Positions 17,627 through 25,205 of a DNA stretch of 32,000 nt are shown one piece after another. The notes beneath the pieces are model-generated. The model made no database searches. It was not told the DNA's origin and was given only the letters and a program-made list of their open reading frames with translations. Both the position numbers and the translations under genes were made by a program. The first letter of the stretch is position 1; every line of letters begins with the position of its first letter. This DNA comes from Nitrosopumilus maritimus SCM1 (lineage in GTDB: Archaea > Thermoproteota > Nitrososphaeria > Nitrososphaerales > Nitrosopumilaceae), in assembly GCF_000018465.1 (NCBI RefSeq), contig NC_010085.1:1320001-1352000 (forward strand). The letters run 5' to 3'.

Positions 17627-20079
17627 TCACCCTTTTTGTATTTTGATAATCGTTCTTCCCAATCTTCATCATGCACATGATCTGATTTTGATTCCTTTAC
17701 CTTTTCGAGCAAGGGAATCACAGACTCATCCCATTGCCCATATGCATTTCTGTAAAAGACTGTCTTTCCAATTTCATCAAGAATGTTTTTCCTTAATTTC
17801 GAAGCCATATTTCCTAATTTGTCTAGGATATCTTTACGCATATCCGCATCTTCAGTGATTGCAGCCATTTCCACCAATGCACGAGCAGCACCATATCGTA
17901 CCCAATGATAGGGGTCTGTTTCTAGAGCAATGAATAGTAGTTTTTTATTTTCCTCTGAGGGGCACTTTCCAAGTGGATGAATAATCCTCCATCTACGGGT
18001 GTTCTGATTTGGAACATCTGCATCAGAATAATCATACATGTCTCTTAGATCTTTTTGGTTTTCCTCACTTAGATTGCATTCACGTAAAACATTTGATGCA
18101 GTCCAACCAATCAAAGAATTGTCAGATTTTAACAACTTGAGAGTTTCATCATTGATTTCTGAATCACGTTTAATGGTAAACAATTGTTTCCATTCATCAA
18201 ACAAATCTGATTCAGATTTCATGACACTTATCATATCTATTAATTCTTTAAGATTATTTGCTTTAGTCAATTGTTCACCAAAGGTTTTCTCATAATCTCC
18301 CAAGTGATTTTTTGCAGATTCAGAAGTTTCATAACCATTATCAAATTGTTTTTGTGCAACCAATACTAACATTGCAGTAACTATATCTTCAGAATGATTG
18401 TTAATTCCTAACTTGGAATTTAATATGATGGATGCAATTGCAGCTTTCCAATTCCAATCATATACCTCCAACAAAAATCTGTCAGCAAGTTCTTTATTTT
18501 CGATCTGTTGCATTACCAGATGGATAGATTCTAGTGAACTGGACTCCAAAGTAGCTATGTCAAATTCATCTACATCCCAATTCTCTGGGTGTGATGCCAA
18601 ATATTCGGATACAAGAAAATCATGTAATAATTGATGACTAAATGTTGCATGGGTGTCACTTGTCGTAAATGCCGCACCTCCACCTAACAGTTTATCAAAT
18701 GTCTCTTGTCCTGTAATCTCTACAAAGTTTTTCAACTCAAATGATACCGAACCTTCTTGATATGCAAAAAATGACGCTTTTGCTAATTTCTTCATTTCCT
18801 CCTCATTCATCTTCAATCTCTCTTTGAAGAAATCATTTAGTACGGAAGATTCAGAAGTCATAGAAGCTGAACATCTCTCCATGGCAATATTGAGAAAGAA
18901 TGGTCTGGATAACAAACTCATGCTTACATCATTCAACTCATATTGTTCTTTACCAATAGTAATGTCTAGATTTTTTCTTATCTCTTCTTCACTCAAAGGA
19001 TTCAATGTAATTTTGTTCCATCCTGTAAGTGCACCACGTACATCCATCCTGTCCGTTAGCAGAACATATGTGTGAGGAGAAGTTTGTCTTACATATTCTC
19101 CTACATCTTGAATTATTTTTTCTGTTAATTCACCAAAATCGCCTGATTTGAATTCATTTATGCCATCAATCACTATTATGACATCTCCCTCAAAACTTTT
19201 GAGACGTTCCACTGTAATTTCCACACTAGACATTTTCAGCAGTTTGTCTATGCGTGACTCAGCACTTTCATCTCTCGCATCCTCCAATTCTTTAAAAAAT
19301 TCTGTTTCACTTCCATTAATGGGGATAAAAACAGGAAGAACCTTTTCTTTAACAATAGATTTGAGAAACTCTGTAACTGTGTTACTCTTTCCGCTTCCTG
19401 CAGCGCCTTTTAGGATTACTTTTCTTTTTGATTTTATGATTGAATGTAATTCAGTTATTGGAAATTTTTCTCCGTTTTCATCAGAAAATGTAATCCCAAA
19501 CTTATGTTCTGGTGGGGGTTTAGCTTCAAGTTTTGTAGTAAGTTCTTTAAGATATGATAAAAGGTTTAGATTTCCTTGCTGAAATTGTTGATCTTGGTCT
19601 CCAGAATCTTTTGTAACAGTTTGTTCATGAACTTCTTTAAGTATTCCAATTGCTTTATCCATTTTACTATCTAACTTTGTGGCAATATTCAGAATTTTTT
19701 GATTATATGCTGTCATAATTTTCTGAAAAGATGTTTCAGCTCCTTCCATCTCAATTTTTTGTTTTATTTCTGTTAACAGTTTTTCTGAATCAAATTTGTA
19801 TTCTGTATCTTGAAATGCATTTTCTAGTCCTTTAAGCAGGTTCAGGAAGTCTTGAACAGATCCTTCAGATAATTTTTTGAAATTGTCTGAAAATTCTTGT
19901 TTTGACAAAACATCAATTAGTATATCTCTACTTTCTGGATATTTGGCGCCAAATTCATCAATAATTTCTGTACGATATTCATTCCAATTCCACTTGAATG
20001 ATTTTTGAGCAAACTTGAATATCATTTCTGCAAGGGATAGTCCTAATCCTATCTCAGAAGACATGTTTTCTTCATTCAT
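17614..20079 (-). CDS. NACHT/STAND-family NTPase with C-terminal helical repeats
   Basis: 821 aa; Walker A RKVILKGAAGSGKSNTV, Walker B DVIIVIDGINEF, GxP/winged-helix region (RPFFLNIAMERCS), HEAT-like C-terminus (DPYHWVRYGAARALVEM). Confidence 0.88.
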   Translation of the reverse strand: MNEENMSSEIGLGLSLAEMIFKFAQKSFKWNWNEYRTEIIDEFGAKYPESRDILIDVLSKQEFSDNFKKLSEGSVQDFLNLLKGLENAFQDTEYKFDSEKLLTEIKQKIEMEGAETSFQKIMTAYNQKILNIATKLDSKMDKAIGILKEVHEQTVTKDSGDQDQQFQQGNLNLLSYLKELTTKLEAKPPPEHKFGITFSDENGEKFPITELHSIIKSKRKVILKGAAGSGKSNTVTEFLKSIVKEKVLPVFIPINGSETEFFKELEDARDESAESRIDKLLKMSSVEITVERLKSFEGDVIIVIDGINEFKSGDFGELTEKIIQDVGEYVRQTSPHTYVLLTDRMDVRGALTGWNKITLNPLSEEEIRKNLDITIGKEQYELNDVSMSLLSRPFFLNIAMERCSASMTSESSVLNDFFKERLKMNEEEMKKLAKASFFAYQEGSVSFELKNFVEITGQETFDKLLGGGAAFTTSDTHATFSHQLLHDFLVSEYLASHPENWDVDEFDIATLESSSLESIHLVMQQIENKELADRFLLEVYDWNWKAAIASIILNSKLGINNHSEDIVTAMLVLVAQKQFDNGYETSESAKNHLGDYEKTFGEQLTKANNLKELIDMISVMKSESDLFDEWKQLFTIKRDSEINDETLKLLKSDNSLIGWTASNVLRECNLSEENQKDLRDMYDYSDADVPNQNTRRWRIIHPLGKCPSEENKKLLFIALETDPYHWVRYGAARALVEMAAITEDADMRKDILDKLGNMASKLRKNILDEIGKTVFYRNAYGQWDESVIPLLEKVKESKSDHVHDEDWEERLSKYKKGEWKS

Positions 20080-20091
20080 AATCCTACAATA

Positions 20092-20126
20092 AAATCATTC
20101 ATACAATAATATTTCATGAATGATTT
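20092..20126. promoter_or_regulatory. Perfect 11-bp inverted repeat in the NACHT gene promoter/leader
   Basis: AAATCATTCAT (20092-20102) / ATGAATGATTT (20116-20126), 13-nt spacer, ending 13 bp before the start codon at 20079. Confidence 0.5.
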
Positions 20127-20204
20127 CCTGATATCTGAAATATAGATATGTACTCTATTAACAACACAAAATTCTCTCAAGATCTATCAGAAACTCCAAT
20201 CGTA

Positions 20205-21287
20205 TTATTTGAGATTTTTTCTTATTTCATGTGCTAATGATTCTGCCACCAAAGGAGGAACTGCATCTGCAATTTGCTGATATTGTGAATTATTTGTGCC
20301 AAAAAATCTGAATGAGTCTGGAAAACTCTGTATTCTAGCTGCCTCTCTTACAGATATTATTCTATTTTCTTTAGGATGTAACAACATAGCTCGTCTTGCA
20401 TGAACAATTGTAGGAGTTGTATGTTGATAAGATAAACGTCTATAGATATTACCATGAAGAGAATTTTTATTTTTGAATCTAGATTTTGTTTTTTTAGATA
20501 GTGTTTTCCATGAATCAAGTAAACTTCTTCCTTCGTTAATTTCAGAAATTGTATTGATTACATCTTCTCCGTGTTTCGTACACCAATGATTGTACAAGTT
20601 ATTGATGTTTCCTCCTAATTTTTTTCCATATGGGGAATTAAATTTTTTAGGATGTTTCATAATTTCGTTTCCAGATGTACCTTGTTTTATAGAAGGTAAT
20701 CCTGAAATGACATCAAAAAGATTATCGCATGAAACAGGAATTTTGATCAAATTCAAATTACATTCATGTCCATTCAAAAAACCTGTTACAAAGAGTCGTT
20801 TTCGTTTTTGTGGAAGTCCTGCTTTTTCACAATCAATCACAGATACGCTCAGAATGTATCCTAATTTTTTAAAATCATTGAGGAATTTTTTCCAACCTGG
20901 GAGATTTCTAAAATTGGTAACATTTTCAAATAAAAATGCCTGAGGTTTTAATTCAGATATTATTCTGAAATAATGATTTATAGCATTTGCAAAGGGATGA
21001 TTTTTGCCATTATTTTGTTTATTTGCATTTGAATAAGGTTGACAAGGAGGTCCTCCTATTACACAAAATCTCTCTTTTGATGTGATTTTTTTTAGTTCGT
21101 TTGATTTTATGTTTTTTATATCATCTACAATTAATTTAGTCTCCTTGAAATTTTTTGAATATGTTTCAGCAGCACTCTTATCAAATTCCACTGCTGCAAT
21201 GACTTTGAACCCTGCATTCTTAAATCCTAAACTTAATCCACCTGAACCTGCAAATAGATCGATAACGCCAATTTCTTCTTTCCTCAT
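20205..21287 (-). CDS. DNA (cytosine-5) methyltransferase
   Basis: 360 aa; motif I IDLFAGSGGLSLGF, motif IV GGPPCQPYS, motif VI FENV, motif VIII QKRKRLF, C-terminal ISVREAARIQSFPDSFRFFG. Confidence 0.95.
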   Translation of the reverse strand: MRKEEIGVIDLFAGSGGLSLGFKNAGFKVIAAVEFDKSAAETYSKNFKETKLIVDDIKNIKSNELKKITSKERFCVIGGPPCQPYSNANKQNNGKNHPFANAINHYFRIISELKPQAFLFENVTNFRNLPGWKKFLNDFKKLGYILSVSVIDCEKAGLPQKRKRLFVTGFLNGHECNLNLIKIPVSCDNLFDVISGLPSIKQGTSGNEIMKHPKKFNSPYGKKLGGNINNLYNHWCTKHGEDVINTISEINEGRSLLDSWKTLSKKTKSRFKNKNSLHGNIYRRLSYQHTTPTIVHARRAMLLHPKENRIISVREAARIQSFPDSFRFFGTNNSQYQQIADAVPPLVAESLAHEIRKNLK

Positions 21288-21363
21288 ATTTTTAATAAAT
21301 TAAATCTGGATAAAAATCAAGTCCTGCAAGATTTATGTCATACCATGTTATTTTCATAATTAC

Positions 21364-22236
21364 ATGGCCTTATTTTTTAATGACCCAAAATTCCATACAA
21401 TCTATGAAAAAATAATGGATCTCAATGAATTGGTTTGGGAGAATAAATTAGATCCCTTTATGATTGAACAATGGCTAGAAAACTTTGATACTAAATCTGA
21501 TAAATTAGAAATGTTGGAATTGTTATCTAAATTTACTTATTACAATGAAAAAGAAATTTCTTCTCTTCTCACGTCCTCTTTTGAACTCTTGAAAAGCTAT
21601 TTGAGTTTGATTCACCTAAATCAAAAAATTGAAATTAGTGATTTGAATGAATTTGTGAAAAACAACTGTTATTTCGTTGGGACATGGGAAAATCCCAGTA
21701 AAAGTGGAGTTCATCTTTTATATGATTTTAGAGTTTTAAACAAATTACCCCCCAGAATTTTTTGTAACACTGTAAAAGATGTTCCAAAAAATGCACCGTT
21801 TGTTATTTTTCTTGACGATATTGCTGGTAGTGGAAGACAGGCCAGCGACTTCTGGAATCTACGAGTAATAAAGGAAAGAAAACATCTAACAAATACGAAA
21901 TTTCTCTATTTGGTATTGGTTGGAAATGAAAAGGGTATTGAGTATATTGAGACAAAAACTAAGATCAAAGTTCTTCCAGTGGTAAAATTAGATGATAGAT
22001 ACAAATTATTTTCAAAATCATCTATTTATTTCCCTGACAAAAAAAAGAGGCAAAAAGTACAAAAAATTTGTGAAAAATATGGGAAGAGACTATATGCCAA
22101 TAACCCTCTAGGTTTTGCAAATTCTCAAATGTTAATAGGCTTCCATCATAATATACCTGATAATACGTTACCAATAATATGGGAAAATAAAAATAACTGG
22201 GATCCAATATTCCCACGTTTTGGAGCTGTGGTGTAA
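21364..22236 (+). CDS. Phosphoribosyltransferase-like (PRTase-type) protein, first gene of a three-gene operon
   Basis: 290 aa; PFVIFLDDIAGSGRQASDFW resembles the PRPP-binding loop; C-terminal GFANSQMLIGFHHNIPDNTLPIIW resembles the PRTase-like domain seen in conflict loci (recalled as PRTase-CE; unverified). Confidence 0.72.
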   Translation: MALFFNDPKFHTIYEKIMDLNELVWENKLDPFMIEQWLENFDTKSDKLEMLELLSKFTYYNEKEISSLLTSSFELLKSYLSLIHLNQKIEISDLNEFVKNNCYFVGTWENPSKSGVHLLYDFRVLNKLPPRIFCNTVKDVPKNAPFVIFLDDIAGSGRQASDFWNLRVIKERKHLTNTKFLYLVLVGNEKGIEYIETKTKIKVLPVVKLDDRYKLFSKSSIYFPDKKKRQKVQKICEKYGKRLYANNPLGFANSQMLIGFHHNIPDNTLPIIWENKNNWDPIFPRFGAVV

Positions 22237-22241
22237 AGAGC

Positions 22242-24224
22242 ATGCAAATTAGAAATCCCTTTGAAGAAGTAAATGCAAATAATCTAGATGATGATGAAAT
22301 CTTAGATTTTTGGATTAAACCTGAGGGTATTTTCAACAAACAGCTTGAGGGAATCAAATTAACTGGTCTCACTCCATTGTTTTTATTTGGTGGAAGGGGT
22401 ACTGGAAAAACTACCGTTTTAAAATACATGTCATTTGATCTACAACAAAAAGAATTTCTTAAAAAAAATACTGACATGAAAAATTTCTTAACAAAAAATA
22501 ATTTCATAGGAATTTATCATAGATTTGATGGTCCACAACTGGACGCATTTAATGCAGGACCAGATGATCGAAAATGTCTTGAAGCATTTCGATTTTTTAT
22601 TGAACTTGTACTATCACAAAATTTCCTTTGGATTGTTGAAAAACTTCTAGAAAACAAATCCATCACTTCAAAATTTAATGAAAAAACCCTATGTGCTAAT
22701 ATCTCTGAATTAATTTTTGGCAAAAAAATCACATCTTTGTCTACCATCTCAAAAATTAGGAAAAAATTAGGAACTATTCAGTATTCCTTAGAGAAAGCAC
22801 GAGATAAATCTGCAATAGATGGAAAAGAAATTGATATTAAAAATATAATTCCTAGAGGTAGACTAATTTTCGATCTACAAAATGAAATCACAAAAACTAT
22901 TCAAGAACTCAAAAACATAAAAATTCTTTATTTGTTTGATGAGTATGAAAATCTCACATATGATCAACAATTACTTTTCAATACTCTGATCAAACATAGG
23001 AAATTCAATGTAAGTTTCAAAATTGGTTCTCGTTTAAAGGGTGTGAAAACTTACGATACATTAACAACTGAGGAATATCTTAGAGAACCTGCTGATTATA
23101 GAAAAATAATCTTTGAAAATATTCTAAATGTCTCGTCATTAGAATACAAAAAAATTCTTATTAAAATTGCTGAAAAACGCTTACGTCACATTCCTGAATT
23201 TAAATCAAAGAATCTAACCGATATTAAAAAAATCCTGGGCTATAGCCTTTCACCTGAACAAGAAGCCAATAGGATTGTTAACTCTAGCAAAGACAAACGA
23301 AAACATTTCTACAAAATTGAAAAACACAAAAAAACTTCAATTAGTGAAAAAACAATATCTGACTTAAAATGTGAAGGAAGGCCATTAATTGAAAAACTGA
23401 ATATGATGTTATTAAATCGAAACTATCCAATATCTAAAATCAAACTAATGATGAACCATTTTGTTTCTAGAAACTCAAAATCAAGTTATCATAAACAATA
23501 CAAAAATCTCTATGACAAAAACAAAGTTGCTTTATTGTTTCAATTGATATCTGACTACAGACCTAGGGAGAAACAATATTCTGGATTTGATACTTATGTG
23601 AGTCTTTCTTCTGGTATCATAAGGACTTTCCTAGAATTATGTTTTCATGCATTTCATTTTGCAATATTTGCCGAACAAAAGAATTTGTTATCTGGTAAAC
23701 CAATATCTCACGAATTACAAAATGATGCTGCAAAATTAATGTCACAGAAATATTATGAAGAAATTGCAGTGATTCCTAAAGGCTATGGGGTGTTTGTTGC
23801 TAGATTAGTTGATAACATTGGTTCAATTTTACGTGGATTACATAAAGATCCTCTAATTTCTGAACCTGAACCCACATACTTTACAATTGAATATGAAAAT
23901 CTTGATTTGAAAACTAGAAGTGTTATTGACACTGCAGAACAATGGTCAATTTTACAACGAACTATTTCTATGAAGCCAAAAGCAAAATTACAAGCACATC
24001 TAACTGATTTTCATATTAATAGAATGTTCTGTCCAAAATATTCAATTTCATATCGTAGACGAGGTAGAACATTAATCACTCCATCTGAAATACACATTCT
24101 AACATTTGGGAATGAACAAGAACAAAAAACTATTCGTGAATTAGTTAGTAGAGAAAAAGAAGTTAGAAAGGCTAGGAAAGTCAGAGACCAAGGACAACCC
24201 AAAATTATTGATTTTTTAGATTAA
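22242..24224 (+). CDS. P-loop ATPase, ORC/STAND-like, second gene of operon
   Basis: 660 aa; Walker A LFGGRGTGKTTVLKY, Walker B KILYLFDEYENL, sensor-like FKIGSRLKG. Confidence 0.78.
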   Translation: MQIRNPFEEVNANNLDDDEILDFWIKPEGIFNKQLEGIKLTGLTPLFLFGGRGTGKTTVLKYMSFDLQQKEFLKKNTDMKNFLTKNNFIGIYHRFDGPQLDAFNAGPDDRKCLEAFRFFIELVLSQNFLWIVEKLLENKSITSKFNEKTLCANISELIFGKKITSLSTISKIRKKLGTIQYSLEKARDKSAIDGKEIDIKNIIPRGRLIFDLQNEITKTIQELKNIKILYLFDEYENLTYDQQLLFNTLIKHRKFNVSFKIGSRLKGVKTYDTLTTEEYLREPADYRKIIFENILNVSSLEYKKILIKIAEKRLRHIPEFKSKNLTDIKKILGYSLSPEQEANRIVNSSKDKRKHFYKIEKHKKTSISEKTISDLKCEGRPLIEKLNMMLLNRNYPISKIKLMMNHFVSRNSKSSYHKQYKNLYDKNKVALLFQLISDYRPREKQYSGFDTYVSLSSGIIRTFLELCFHAFHFAIFAEQKNLLSGKPISHELQNDAAKLMSQKYYEEIAVIPKGYGVFVARLVDNIGSILRGLHKDPLISEPEPTYFTIEYENLDLKTRSVIDTAEQWSILQRTISMKPKAKLQAHLTDFHINRMFCPKYSISYRRRGRTLITPSEIHILTFGNEQEQKTIRELVSREKEVRKARKVRDQGQPKIIDFLD

Positions 24225-24225
24225 A

Positions 24226-25155
24226 ATGAAAAATATCCAAGAACTTGATTCATTAATCCAAGTAAAACCGTTAGAATATGATTATTTTATTTATACAAAA
24301 AATTCAGAAAAGAGATCATCAAACGTACTAAATATTTTTAAAAAATCAAAAATCAAAATTAAAAATTTAATTGAATTACAGTTTGAAGACACTCAAACAC
24401 CTAAAATCAGAACAATTGGATCAAGATATGTGATCACTTGTCCTTACAGACATGTTCTTATGGGCATTAAATCTATTTTTGACTTATTACACAATCTACA
24501 TTTCAAAATTAATGATAAGGTGTGTATTGATATTACTGGTACTGATGTACCATATTTTTTCCATCTTCTAAAAACACTCAAATTTAAAAAAATGTTATCA
24601 AAAATTGATTTAGTATACACAGAACCTGAAACATATAAAAAAACTTCAAATAAATTTATTTTTTCCGAGGGAATTAGAAATGTAAAACAATTTCCTGCAT
24701 ATACTGGAAGAACAAACCCAAATGGGAAAAAAATACTTTTGATTTTAATAGGTTTTGAAGGACACCGTTCATACAAAGTCTTAGACTCTATTGAGCCCGA
24801 CAAAACATTGGCGCTAAATGGATTTCCAAGTTATTCGTTAGAATTCAAAGATACTAGTATTCTTGAAAACAAAGAACTGTTAACTAGTCCATCATGTAAA
24901 AATAATACTCTTTTAGCATCAGCACACAATCCTTTTGAAACATTAAAAATTCTCAATAATCTTCCGTCTAGCCACAAGAAACATAATTTAATCATGGCTC
25001 CTATAGGAACAAAACCTATGTCTTTAGGGGCTTGTCTTTATTGTCTCAAAAATGAATCGGTTCGCGTAGTTTTTCCTTATCCCAATTCATATATTTCCAA
25101 AAATGCACCTGCAGAAAAAATTGGTAAAACTTGGATCTATCAATTAGTTCTTTGA
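24226..25155 (+). CDS. Uncharacterised protein with CARF-like motifs, third gene of operon
   Basis: 309 aa; VCIDITGTDVPYFFHLL and HNLIMAPIGTKPMSLGACLYCL; starts 1 nt after the ATPase stop. Confidence 0.6.
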   Translation: MKNIQELDSLIQVKPLEYDYFIYTKNSEKRSSNVLNIFKKSKIKIKNLIELQFEDTQTPKIRTIGSRYVITCPYRHVLMGIKSIFDLLHNLHFKINDKVCIDITGTDVPYFFHLLKTLKFKKMLSKIDLVYTEPETYKKTSNKFIFSEGIRNVKQFPAYTGRTNPNGKKILLILIGFEGHRSYKVLDSIEPDKTLALNGFPSYSLEFKDTSILENKELLTSPSCKNNTLLASAHNPFETLKILNNLPSSHKKHNLIMAPIGTKPMSLGACLYCLKNESVRVVFPYPNSYISKNAPAEKIGKTWIYQLVL

Positions 25156-25205
25156 GTCCGTAACTACAAGTCTCTTTGATGTAACAATGGTTCAAGTTTC
25201 AAGAA

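Noticed and set aside
19148-19582. 144-aa plus-strand ORF
   Set aside because: Entirely antisense to the well-supported NACHT NTPase coding region; low-complexity Ser/Leu translation typical of shadow ORFs.
22022-22507. 161-aa minus-strand ORF
   Set aside because: Spans the PRTase-ATPase junction on the opposite strand; no recognisable motifs, whereas both sense ORFs have motifs.
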